A DNA stretch of 53,390 bases, the filler included, from Trypethelium eluteriae (taxonomy: Eukaryota): NCBI GenBank assembly GCA_051942245.1. It is 2 parts of 2 records of this genome, joined end to end, with 100 filler letters (N's around TTAATTAATTAA, not from the genome) between each part and the next. Parts side by side here need not be neighbours in the genome. Positions count along the whole stretch, not along the records: positions 1 to 26,657 come from JAVECL010000346.1; positions 26,758 to 53,390 come from JAVECL010000347.1. One strand, given 5' to 3'. Of the stretch, positions 24,601-37,107 are shown piece after piece. Every line of letters begins with the position of its first letter. Within the stretch, counting starts at the first letter, position 1. The translations under genes and the position numbers were made by a program. The notes beneath the pieces are model-generated. The model was given only the letters and a program-made list of their open reading frames with translations, was not told the DNA's origin and searched no databases.

Positions 24601-26657
24601 ACGAGCCCAGGATCTCACCTGCAAATCGTCAAGGCGCCTTCAGTAACGCCGTTGAAGAGTCGAACTCCGAGCCCAAGGGAGATAGAGGTTCCTATTGGTG
24701 AGCAGGCCAAGTCAAGCTCAAAGACCTGGACTAGTGAAGCGCCAGCACGTGGGGGGAGAAGTACACCTACAGCAGCTACTCCGTCACCAAAGACTTATCA
24801 GGATAGAACGAGACCAAAGAGTTCCCATGCGCACGAGGAACCTTACTTTTACGAGAGAGCTTTTCAGGAGGGACAAATAGACAGTAGTCGAAGTTCAGTC
24901 TCTGAGAGCCTTACGCAGCCTACGATAGGCAGCGACGCTTCGCCCAACCTAAGGAGATCCAAGGCTCAGAGGCAGTCCCGACATGCAACGCATTCGTCGA
25001 CGTTTGATAGCCGTCACAAACATAGTATCACGTCGCCAGATGCTCCGAGCTCTCCTATTAAAGAGAGCAGGCCATCTCTCTACTCACACCCAACGTCATC
25101 TACGACCTCTTCGGGCAAAGATTACAAAGTCTGGTTCCCTCCGACTGAATCGGATTCGGACGATTCGCCTGATGAGTCAACTTATGAAGTCTCACGGAAG
25201 AAGTCCAATTCAAGACCTGGCAATCGCGATCGGGCGTCGTCCGTCCCATCTCTGGATCTTCCATCCATCCCTAGGGTAAGACAGTCCAGTCAACCTACTA
25301 CACCACAGAAGACAGGCGCAAAACATGATTACTTCGATCAGAAGATCTCTACGCCAACGCCCGAAAAAGCTCCGGCATCAGCACCGTCCAAGCTTCAGAA
25401 GCGACGGTCTGGGGATCACACTCCCAAAAGGTTAGGAGATCGAGATCATAAAGACAACCCTCCACCACCGCCTGCACATCAACCTCAAAAATCTTCGGGT
25501 CTTAAGAATGCATTGACTTCTTCCTTTACTCCTCTCATTCCTGGCTTTAAGCAGCATCGCCGCTCTTCGTCGCCCCTAAAGCATGAGTATGAACCGTCTA
25601 CAGCAAGCGAGTCTTCCGAGGAAAGCGATCAGTCCGGCTTTGAAGATGACGCTTCGGTCACGTCTGAATCATCTGAGGACGTAGATTCCGGACCTAATAT
25701 CGCGACACCAATACCTCCTCCGCACGGCTTGGCTAAGCTTACCAAGCGATCACCAGAAGGATCGGTATACTCGTTCCCCAACGCAAATGCTACTCTATCA
25801 CCATCTCAATCAGCATCGCAAGCGCCATATCGAACTGTCCCACCGCAGACTGCGCAAGCTTCCAAGACTATCGCATCGATCTTTTCCTGGTCCGATACGG
25901 GACAATGGGACCCTCTTCACCCAGATGAGTGCAGCATCGTGATTACTCCAGGTCTCATTGAAGCTTTCGAGTTAACTGCAGCTCACTCACAATCGCTCAA
26001 TCGCCAAGACGACGATCCCGAGGCGTCAAACACCGAGCCACCCCTAGTCGCACTCGAACTCACTCCTCTCGTCCCCATCCGTCGCGGCACCGCTCTCGAC
26101 ATCTCCATCCGCTCCCCTCCCACCGCCAACTCCAAAGTCCGCTCGGGCAACAACATCATGTTCCGGTCCCGCAGCTCCGAAGAATGCGAAGCCCTCTACA
26201 ACCTCATCAACCAATCCCGCATCAACAACCCCACCTACATCGCTTTGCAGAACGCACGGGGTCCCCTCGGCGAAACCAGCTGGGCAGCCGCCATGGACCG
26301 CCGCAACAGCCAACGCGGCGGCAGCGGCGGCGGCGGCGGTGGCTCCAGCAGCAGCACGAGCTGGTGGCGCGAGCGGCTAGGCTCGCGCGCGTCTTCCTAC
26401 CGCGCCAAGTCGTCTCGGTCCCCCAGCAGCGTCGCCGCGCAGTCCGAGAGCAGCGTCGCCACCATGACGAGCGCCTTCTCGGCCCTCAAGCGCTTCAGCA
26501 CCGCCGGTGGCGGCCGCCTCTTCAACGTCGCGCGCAGCACCATCAGCTCGCGCGACGGCACGCTGAGCAATAGCACCGCGAGCGCCAGCTGGTCGTCGTC
26601 GTCGGGGTCGAGCACGCCGGTTGCGCCGCCGGGGACGGCTGGGATGGGGGTGGGGGG
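21608..26657 (+). CDS. Large conserved fungal S/R/P-rich protein with folded central and C-terminal domains (DH/PH-like by inference); 3' end lost in assembly gap
   Basis: ORFs of 794 and 880 aa are joined by intron 23957-24003 (GTAAAC...CTGAC...TAG). Conserved-looking blocks: DEMKYMRELKTLVDGVIPVLL, YLKAWRLGFQDVVVNLAP, VDVAFLLKRPLVRLKYLAK, LHPDECSIVITPGLIEAF and LELTPLVPIRRGTALDISIRSPP. Confidence 0.8.
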
Positions 26658-26757
26658 NNNNNNNNNNNNNNNNNNNNNNNNNNNNNNNNNNNNNNNNNNN
26701 NTTAATTAATTAANNNNNNNNNNNNNNNNNNNNNNNNNNNNNNNNNNNNNNNNNNNN
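26658..26757. other. Artificial contig-join spacer: 44 N + TTAATTAATTAA + 44 N
   Basis: Exactly 100 bp and symmetric. The central 12-mer (26702-26713) has stops in all six frames, which is a standard pseudomolecule linker design. Confidence 0.95.
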
Positions 26758-29553
26758 GAAGATGAGGGGGAGGAAGTGGGTGGGAATTGAGCGGTCTTTA
26801 ATTGGGCGCCGCTTGGGCTACTGTGCTGGAGTTGCAAGAATTGGGCTCGGATGGTACGGAATGGCTTGGCATTTGCATGTCGAGGCGCGGGATATGGGCG
26901 CCTTCTTTGTTTTCCAAGGGATGGCCTTTGAGAGGCTGCGCTTGTACATTTCGCCGGCAACGCATTATGATAGGAGTTTTGGATTTCTGGCCTAGGAAAT
27001 GTATCCAGGTGCTTTGGCTCGAACACCATTGTCAGCAGATACCTAGGATGGGTTGTTGAAGGGCTTTCCAGGGTATGCGTCTTTCTCCATCTGGCACGAG
27101 AGAAAGCTTGAGTGCTTCCACACTGAATACTCTCCTTTTGAACGAAATTTTGGTAGTTCATACCTCATTTCCCATCCGCAATCTAACAGCGATAGGCATC
27201 GCCCTGCTTTGCCTCTACAGCAAACATGGCGGAGCTACCTCACCTTTAAAGGGACACAACGATTGCATGATCTTAGACAATGACGAGCGTTTATTCCTCT
27301 TCAGTGTTTGGAGATTTTCTGGCGGACGATCTCATAGTCCAGAAACCTGGACGTCGTAAAAATCTTATCCGCCTTCTTGAAGAGGCAAGCCCACACTCTC
27401 TTGAGGGTCTATATAGAAAGGCAAAGGGGTCATCGTAGGCTCCGTGGAGCACGTATCCACGGTGTCATCGAAGGTCGCTTGAACATCAATACCCCCGGCC
27501 CTCACGATATGCTTCTTTTCCAAGCCAAGCCGATGAAACGTGACAAGCAAAGGTCGTTCCTTGAGGTGGTCCATACTTCATACTTGGATCCATCGGGTCC
27601 ACTCTAATACATCTCGCTCACATCTTTTATCATTAAGCTACCCGATGCTATCCGAACGGGTCATCTCAGTGCCCGATCCATGGAAGCCCAGCTCCAAGTC
27701 GAGTCGTACCATTCTTCGGACCGCTTGCTGTTCTTTTTTGACTGCCAGACAGCAAGATGCGCGAAAGGTCCGCGAAAGAGCTCTGCAGCTTATGGAAGGC
27801 CTCCTGGAAGTGTCTCTTTGGCATCTAGAGATTTACTAAGTTCTTCAGCCGAGCAACTACGGCTGGGTCCATTTTCTGAAGCGTTGATGAAAGCGCGGAA
27901 TTTCTGTTCAGACAACCAAACATTGAGTAGCGAAATGTTAAAATGGTGTCACCACTGCCATGAAATCGTTATCCGCTCATCTACTAGTCGCCAAGGTACG
28001 GGTTGACCTCTGTGGCTTCGCACCGAGAATCGACTACAAGTATCTTGTTTGTCAAGAACAGAGCCCAGTTAGGGGAAATGACCAGGTATTTTTCGATACG
28101 GAGTCATCGGGGCCCGTTTTGCCGAGGCCGTTTTTGGAGAAGCGAAGGGTGGAAGCTTGACGAAGCGGATCGCGCCGCGTCTTGCATCTCACCTCACCAT
28201 CGCACCATCCGGTCACTGTCGCCGAAGCACGCACCGTATTCGCTAGCATCGCAATCCACCATTATCAGAGACAGCTCATGCTGCGAATTATCTCGGAATC
28301 TCATTTCACTTCGGTAGTCCAGGCAGCTATGACTAGGCGAATGTCCATAGATGATAGCACGACACGACTTTGACTATCACTCCTGGTCACCCTTTAGTAC
28401 ATGAGTCGAGGAAACCTGGAGAGGAGGTACAGAGGTCAATGAGGGATTTATGGTCCCATTTTACCACAGAGTCCCTTAGCCTGGAACACCATCTTGCAGC
28501 ATTCGATATCCACAACGCACATAGGCGCACTCTAATACAAAGGTGGCCAATCGTTACCCGACACAGAAAAGCTTTTGAAGCTCGAGCAAAATCCTCGAAA
28601 GTCAATTTGCTGGCATCCCTGCGTACGAGTTTCTTCTGGCTAAGAAATCTCCACTAAAGGATGCCGTAGATATCGGACGCAGGAACATGGCGCATTATTG
28701 TCGCTCTAACTGGGCCAGTCATGGGAGCTTTCGAATGGCAACAAGTCGCTTCGACTCAGCTTTGCCTGACGTGTACCCCGATAGCATTCACCGCTGACCA
28801 CTGCAGCAGCATGCTCGAACAATTGGTAAATTAAGAGTTCTTGGGTGAGTGCAACAAGTATATTTTGTGGGAGCACGCCTCCATCTCGGCCTGGTCGTTT
28901 CTTGAGCCAGGAATATTTCGATCATGTCCAGGATATCAGATCACGGAGTATGAGACAATGGAAAAATAAGCATGAGATAAGAAGGAAGAAAAACCGGAAT
29001 CCATCATCTTTGGATAGTGATCCCCACAGGAAGAGTTATCAAAGTTCGAGTCCACTCCAACGGATTCGCATCCGGAGACCTTAGCGTCATGCACGGATCG
29101 AATAAGCTGTAAAAATCATCTTTACGACTAGGGTACCTAGCTCCATGCGATGCTGATCACCCCTATGCCTGCCCGATCCTAGCGCCCGGGGTCGCAAATC
29201 TTAGAGTGTGGACTGCTTCGTGATCATTTGTTGATACTTACAGCTTTTACCGTATCTAGGATAAATTTCAAAGGCAGAGGACCGAAGGACCCCAAAAAAT
29301 AACCACCCACATCTGCGTCCCGCAATAAACCCACATCATGCCTACCCGCGGCCCGTCACCCCAGCAGGGGTCGAGCGACAGCTCCACCGTCCACCGGTCT
29401 CAGCTCAGAAGGCCACCAGGCATTCCTAAATCAACATATGAAGCTGTGGCCGACATGGGTACTTGCTGAGCTATATGTCTCTGTTGAACTGGCAATTTGA
29501 CTCCTTTCTACATCCAGCGCTCGTCCATAAGGGACCGCTTGTACCCAATCACC

Positions 29554-30942
29554 ATGATTGTTCGCCGAGATGGCATTGATGATGGTATACCCAACCCTCA
29601 TGGTCGCGTTCTGTCGGTTGTCAGCATCACCTTTGGAGTCATCTCGTCTGTCATGGTCCTCATGCGCTTGGCCACAGTACGAAAGCGACCATACGGCTTC
29701 GATGATATCTCTATTTTGATAGCAGGTGTACGATGTTCTTCAAATATGCATGGAGGGGAGACTAACGAGGTTTACTAGATCCTGGCGGTAGCGCTCACTG
29801 TGCTTTACAATGAAGGTAAGTCGTTGAGGCTGTCCACGTTAATGAATACTGAGATGAGTACAGACGTAAAATATGGATGGGGTTTGCATCAAAGTGACGT
29901 CTCAAAGGCACATTTGGAGACTGCCCTGAAGGTCAGTCGGTAAAACTCGAAGGTAGACCAAATGATTGACAGGAACAGATCTTCTATGTCAATCAGATCC
30001 TATACAAAATTTCGACAAGCCTCACCAAACTTTCAATTCTTGCGCTGTATCTTCGAATCTTCCCAAACCCTAGCTTTGCAAAGGCTACATGGGTGACAAT
30101 CTTCATTGTTGGAGGGTACGGCATTGCGACTACTCTTGTTAGCATCCTTTCATGCACTCCAATTCGGAAAGCCTGGGACAAGAGTGTTTCAGGCAGTTGC
30201 GTCAACAGCGGAGACGTATGGTATGCTACGGCAGCCTTAGTGATTTCCACAGATCTGTTGCTCATCATACTTCCCGTGCGTGAGGTGTGGAAATTGCACC
30301 TGCCGAGAGCTCAGAAAATTGTGTTGATGCTCCTTTTCGGATTAGGCTTCTTGTACGTGATTGATGCTTTTATGTCTGACTCGCATTGCAACTGACAAAA
30401 CGCCAAGCGTCATGATCACAACAATTGTTCGCATTATCTATCTCAACCCAGCAACGAGCTCGACAGACACCACCTGTAAGTCAACGGCTTTTCATTCGAT
30501 CTGAAGCCATCACATCAAGCTGTTCTATACACACTTTTGCGTGGTACTGGATTTGATACATCACTAATTTGTGCCTGTAGATTATCAAGCGACATCAAAT
30601 ACATGGACCTCTATTGAAGTCAATACTGGTATCATATGTGCCTGTATACCAACTCTGAAGAGACCGGTTGCAGCCCTTTTTCCACAACTCTTCTCCAGGC
30701 CAAACAACGATCGTTCTGAACAGTATCACCGGCAGCCTGGCTCCAGGTCTAACTACGCTTCGCGCCGAAGCTCAAACCATGCTGCGAAAGTACTGTCTGA
30801 CCAACCTTCGGTAGGACGAGTGTGGACGTACGAGAGCGACGAAGAGATCATGCTAGACACAGTGAAGAGGCCAGGAGAGATTATGAGGACAATGGATATA
30901 GAAGTGGCACACGAAGATGCTTCCTCAAGATCAAGTCATTGA
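29554..30942 (+). CDS. PTH11-like integral membrane protein (fungal rhodopsin-like 7TM domain, no CFEM)
   Basis: YGFDDISILIA, YGWGLH, LYKISTSLTKLSILALYLRIF, SCTPIRKAWD, TDLLLIILP, LPRAQKIVLMLLFGLG and WTSIEVNTGIICACIPTL. Five introns. Confidence 0.9.
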
Positions 30943-32179
30943 TCGGAGATGTTTGGAATATGGGTCATCAAGACCAGCGCCAATGCACTAGAGGTCTAGT
31001 GCGCGTTACCAAAATACTCATCTGTAAATATGCATTATACAGTACTGATTCCTAAAGCTAAGTTGCATGGTGCGATGCAGGAGATCTGGGAGATCTAGAA
31101 TCCATGCCATCGCCAGGTAAGGGAAATTAAGGGACAACAAGCGTTCTTAAAAAAAGAAAAGAAAAGTAAGCAAGGTACACGCCCTCAAGATCCTACTGAA
31201 CCCCTTCTATGTTGTGAGAAGCTTGTGTAGTAGCTCTCAAAGAGATGTGTTACCAATTCTTGTTCCTGTTCCTATTCCAGTCAGCTCTTATCCACGTTCA
31301 TCGTATATGGATGAATACAAACGTACTGAGCGATGCCTAGAACCCATAGATGTCAAAGTATTGGCCATCTCTGAAAGCACCAACATTTCCCACTTCACAC
31401 TTTGATGCACGGTTCGCAACTCCACGTAGCCGGAGAGCTCCTGAACTGTAACATTCAGACCCCAGGTATGTATTACACCGTATGAAATAAATCAAGTAAC
31501 AATAATGTACCGGTATCGGTGTCGTATTTGGGCATATCGCCGGTTAGGTGATCAGCCATGTTGCAATTCTAGTGCTCACCGGTAAGGTGGGTAAGATATG
31601 CACAAGCTCCATGTAGCATCCTTTCATCTCGTGCTTGCCTCTGGGGACGATTGCTGTGCCATTCGGCTGCAGGTGAGTCTAGGACATGGCGTACAAGGGT
31701 ATGCGTTGACTTCCGGCTGTCCCCGCTCCCACCGCTCCTTCGCAACTCCAATCTCGGTGGGTCCCGCGAAGATAGCGGCACAGATAGGATGGATGCTTTC
31801 AGCAGCCTCATGAGTAGCAAGTGTAGACATCATGATCAAGCCTTGCAATTATTCACATCGACCATGCCGGAAAAGTCTCGGACCAACCCCGATCTCAGAA
31901 CAAATGGCCGTACGGAGTAGTATGGTGTGATCACCACGGACACTGAGAGATATATCCAAAGCAACGTCCCCACATGCACGGAGTACGCAACCCATGTTTG
32001 GCAGAACGCCGAGGGCAACTATCAAACTGCAAGGGGAGCTACTAAGTCCTCCGTAGAACAAATGGAAGCATTTCCCCGCCCTTTCAAGAATGTTAGGCCA
32101 CTTTAGCTCCTCTATTCTCAAGCTGTTTTCCAAGAAATACTCCCCAGCATACCAGCGCCTTCTTGAGCTGGCTCCTATC

Positions 32180-33887
32180 ATGTCGAAGGATATTGAGAGT
32201 GACAACATCTATGCAATCGACTCTGTTGCTACCTCAGACCCGGAAGGACAAGATGGCGATCTGCACTACCTCGTTCCGAACAAAGCCCTAGATGACCACA
32301 TCACCCGCAAGATTGACCTCCACTTAGTGCCCATTATGGTCGTTATGTTTATGCTGGCATACGTGGATAGATCCAATCTGGGGAATGCTAAGATCGAAGG
32401 CATGCTGACAGATCTGCACATGGTGAAGAACGACTACAATGTCGCATCCCTGATCTTTTATGTTTCATACATCGTTTTTGAAGTGCCGAGCAACATGGTG
32501 CTAAGAAAAACGTCGCCCTCCACTTGGTTGAGCGGATTACTTTTCTTTTGGGGTATGATGAATACCATCGTTTGGACGTCGAACAAGAAATATGCTAATT
32601 GCATGAACAGGTATCTCTGCCATGGCTCAAGGTCTGACCAAATCGTATGGGGGTCTCGTATGTGCTAGATTCTTCATCGGGGCATTCGAGGCTGGCTTCA
32701 CGCCAGGCTTTCTATACCTTTTCAGCATGTATTACACAAGATACCAGCTACAACGACGATTAAGTCTTCTATTCGCCTCCGGTATCATTGCGGGCGCATT
32801 CAGTGGTGTATGAAAACTCCAAGAACTTGCTTAAAGGATCCTCTCCTAATTTGTGTACGCAGTTGCTTGCGTATGCCTTGGTGAAAATGGACGGAGTAGG
32901 AGGTTATGCTGGCTGGCGCTGGTATGTATTCAAACGACGACATCCAAAACCCGCCCTTTCTGACCGACTTGTGAAGGATTTTCATCATTGAGGGACTCGC
33001 CACGATCGTTGTAGCCCTCGTTGCCAAGTTCCTCATCGTCGATTGGCCACATCAAGCCAAGTTCCTCAACATGGAAGAGAAAGCTCGCCTAGCGGCTAGA
33101 ATGGAGCATGATGCAGCCGGAGGAGTCGCTCGTATGGATACCTTCAATGCTCCGGCATTCAAGCGTATTGTGGGCGACTGGAAGATCTACATCGGGTTTG
33201 TTGCTCACGCGTTCTCGTGCTTGATATACGCTGATGACTTTCAGCGCTTTCATGTACTTCGGTGCCGTAAATACCGGATATGTGATTGCCATATTTCTTC
33301 CCACTATTCTGAAGGAACTCGGCTATACTTCCTCAAAGGCCCAGATCTATTCGATTCCGGTCTACATTGTCGCCGCCGTTTGCATGCTCACCATCGCCAC
33401 CCTCACCGATAAATTTAAGAGACGTTACCCGTTTATTTTGATCGGCTGTGCTATCGCAACGGTCGGATACTGCATTCTCCTTGGCCAGGCGCACGTCTCC
33501 GTTGGCGTAAGATATATGGCTGTCTTCTTCATTGCGGCAGGCGGCCATTCGACTCATCCTATCACCCTGGGTTGGCTCACAAACAACGTGAGCGGACACT
33601 ACAAACGAGCCATTTCAACCGCAATTCAGATATCTATTGGAAACTGTGCAGGCTTCGTAGGGTCCAATATCTTTGTTGATTCCCAAGCTCCGGCATATAA
33701 AGTGGGCTACGGAGTTTCGCTAGCATGCATCTGGCTCACAGTTGTCATGTCCACCATTTTCGTCTGCGGACTCAAGTGGGAAAATGGAAAGAGACTAAGA
33801 GGTGAGCGAGATTGGAGATACAATCTTCCTTCTGAAGAAGTAAAGAATTTAGGTGATGATCATCCAACCTGGAGGTTCGTGTATTGA
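32180..33887 (+). CDS. MFS transporter, anion:cation symporter (Dal5/Tna1 allantoate-nicotinate permease-like)
   Basis: RKIDLHLVP, YVDRSNLGNAKIEG, FYVSYIVFEVPSN, RFFIGAFEAGF, GWRWIFIIEG, GHYKRA and NLGDDHPTWRFVY. Four introns. Confidence 0.93.
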
Positions 33888-34269
33888 TCACATAGATCCC
33901 GGACAGCTATGTGTTTCTCTTCGCTGGGCGACAACTTGTGTCTATGAGTTTCGACACGAAAATGATACGACCATGACGGGCAAACCCACGAAAGTCGAGG
34001 TAAGGACCGTTTCTAAGAAATGGGAGAGCCAAAGGCTTCATAGGATAGCAAATAGCTCACCGATAGACTAAAGTCGTGAACACAAGTACCAATTGAGTCC
34101 CCGGAGTGCCTCTACAACGATTGCGGCTGCGCTAGGATGCCTGCCGTAACGTAGTGTTGACCATGATTAGACCGAGACACCAGAAGAAATACCCCTTCTA
34201 TAGCTTAGCATACGCTGTTGACGTCGAGGTGAAGGTTGCCGGTGCCGACGCCAACTCGAAGCGCAGTAG

Positions 34270-34634
34270 AGTAGGGCCCACGGGAACACATACGCCGTCT
34301 TCAAAATGTTCCTCGTTTCTTGGACGCTTGTAGTCCTCGAGCAAGGCATGCAAAAGCCAAATTGTTGGATCTAGAACGTAGATCCCTTGTAACTGATATC
34401 AGTTGTGATAGTTTAGGTCGCTGCGTGACTGGTGCAGTCTGGTCCCCTATCCGTAGAGTGAAGGGAAGACGTTTGTGACACAGGTTGCGGCAGATGTAAC
34501 GGATGAAGCTACGGAGGCGGTAGATAGAGCTTGAGTGCGGTAGGCTTGAATGTGGTTACTCGAACGACTGGAGAGGCGAGGACATTACCGACGACACCCG
34601 CGGAGGCAGTAGCGTAAGTGCTAGTCTTCATCAT
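34270..34634 (-). pseudogene. Possible relic of a small secreted Thr/Cys-rich protein gene
   Basis: MMKTSTYATASAGVVGNVLASPV (signal-like), then across frameshifts SVTSAATCVTNVFP..G*, GPDCTSHAAT*TITTDISYKGSTF*IQQFGFCMPCSRTTSV. The 3' boundary is approximate. Confidence 0.35.
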
Positions 34635-34758
34635 ACAGGCGCTTTTTCTTAGTTCAATTTGGAAGAGATTTGGCGATGAAGAGGGCTCAAGAGCGGGAAT
34701 TTTAGGATCATGAAAAAATGCCGGAGTTACTGTCGGCGTAACAATGGGTGTGGTGTTG

Positions 34759-34801
34759 AGGAGTACCAGTCTCAGGAGTACCAGTCTCAGGAGTACCAGT
34801 C
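34759..34801. repeat. 15-bp minisatellite AGGAGTACCAGTCTC x~2.9
   Basis: Two perfect copies plus a 13-bp third copy, read directly from the sequence. Confidence 0.9.
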
Positions 34802-37107
34802 CTAGATACAGATAAGTACGAGTAGCTTTCTGAGGAAGCGGGTGTATAGTGGCTGTCTGATTGATAGATTCGATCAACGGAAAGAGACTGGTGTTCAGCT
34901 GAAAGGAAAATGTGGACTGGCTGAGGGCAGCCTGCTTACTTTCCGTGGTTTACGGGAAAACAGCGTAGTATGAATGATGAGGTACGTGATATAAGCGGCT
35001 AGACAGACTGTTATTCGGAATTCGGAGACACAGTATTCGCGGATGAAAATTTTTTGAATCTTGGGAAGTTGACCGTAGTTCAGGTGTTCCAGCCGAGGAA
35101 AAAAAGCGTCAGCCAGCGAATACAGAAGCCCGAGCCTGGATATGTATTTGATTGGATGGAACGAGATCTCGACGGTGCACAAAGGGATTCAAACAACAAA
35201 AGTCTTTGGGTACGCGGTTCCGAGAGTGGGCACCAGAGGGGAGAACTGCACACCGGTGTACGGAGTAGAGGAGGACGATGGTTGCACTGCACGGCGGCAT
35301 CTCTTGCCCTACAGCGCTCCAAAAGAGCCTCATTGCCCCGGCAGCGGTGGAATATTCGGTAATTAGCAACGTCATCCTCAATCTCGGATCTCTTGTTGAA
35401 GCTTCAAGCGTGGGGAGGTTCAAATCGGATTTGGCATTGGCATTTATCGTTTTGGCTCGCTAAAGCAGCCCAAATAGGCATACCATGGATACAGTATTCC
35501 CCTTTTCAGCTGACACGCCAAGGAGAACATGGCGATCTGCACATGCACGTCGCCGTTCCGTTCTTGCAGAGCGGTTCGGCTCCAATCGAATCACCAAACC
35601 CAGGCGATTCTGTGTATGACCCTAGAACACGTCGACTGTATCTGCAGAGTGCGACTCAATTGAGGTCTGGAAAGCCAATTGACTTTTTCTTGCGTCCCCA
35701 GTTGATGCCAACGTATAAGCTCATCATTGGAAACGCGAGATTATGTTGTAAATGAGGCCAAAAAGTTTATGGTGGTGGTCGGCAAATGGAACCCCGGCCA
35801 CGCACTTTGGACGCGACGACCGACGCCAAACCCCATCTAGGTACGGCAGACAGATCTACGAGTGGCTCAGCGCTTTCGCACTCTCTTGGAAACTGGCCTT
35901 CTTTCTTTGGCGAATCAAAGTTGCCACAACGCTACGCAGGTCGCCGAGCTCGAGCTAGCACTTTGAGGACCAGAACGGAAGAGGAGACGGCGCAGATCAT
36001 CGCTTGAGCACGAGGCAAAAGAACCACTGCCTCTGGCCAAGAAGTGCCCGCGACCCCTTGAATTGTCATGCACGACGCGCTCTCCCCTCCTGCAACTTCG
36101 CATCAGTCGCGGCCTGTAAGCAGGCTCAAACAAGACAGGTCGGGATCGCCCAGTCGGCAATGATTGGGGCCAGCACCCCAGCGTTTCACGCCGATACAGT
36201 ATCGAGCCATGACGAGGAGCAATTGGGGAGCATTTGGGGGTGGCCATGCAGTGTTGCGGTGCCATGCACCCGCCACCAATTGATCCCTTGATGTCATCCG
36301 AGTCCGCGCCGGCGTCAACGCCTCGAAGCCCTTTTCCACTCCGTGACTCTTGGCATGGCGAAGAGACTGGCTTCCTGATCTCCAACATGGTTCCATTGTG
36401 GCTTCCCTGCCAGAGCCGAACTTTGTAGCTTTCCCGAGTCCCGCCTCCCCAAGTCCCCTGCCAGCCCACGATAGGGCGATAGGCTCGCTGTTGCACGGCA
36501 TGGGTTGGTGCTTGATTTCACACCCTTCATCTCTTCTTTCCTAGTTCCTATGTTGTGTAATTAGACTTCACTCTAGCACTCGTCTCTCCTTATTCGTTCT
36601 TCAAATGCCCTTTCCCACCTGCTGGTGCACCTTGCTCTCACGGCTCCGACTCACCAACATCCCCTCCGTGCATGTCCAACACATCTCGGATCCCGCTAAA
36701 ACGAGCATTCGAATGCTTTGACATCAGAAGACCGCGTTGCATCTGAGAGATTATCTCGTCTCACTAGCTACCTCTTGACCTCGTTCATCTCGAATATCAC
36801 CATTGGGCTTGGAGTGTTGAATAGAATAACAGTAACAGACACTACTGGTGATAAATTCTTCGGCCCCACTTACTTCACATCTATTGAATTATCACTTCTG
36901 GTTCTACAATGCATGCTCCACTTTTTTGGCTTGATTGACTGCTGAAATACCTTGGAGGCCTTGGTAAGTATAAACAGCTTTTTCAGATACTCAAGTAATC
37001 TTTCAAATTCTCGCGGCAAACTAATTTTAGTTGGTGTCAGCTATCTTGCCATTGCTTTAAATCCGGTCTACGAATCTTTGGCGATCTCATTCTGGGTTTT
37101 CGATACC

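Noticed and set aside
26702..26713. TTAATTAATTAA as a possible TTAA transposon target or regulatory site
   Set aside because: It is centred in a symmetric N spacer and is an assembly linker.
34759..34801. Direct repeats as a CRISPR-like array
   Set aside because: Head-to-tail copies without spacers in a eukaryotic genome; a simple minisatellite.
35050..36550. Cluster of 60-190 aa ORFs on both strands
   Set aside because: No domain signal; consistent with the long upstream regulatory region of the EsdC-related gene.
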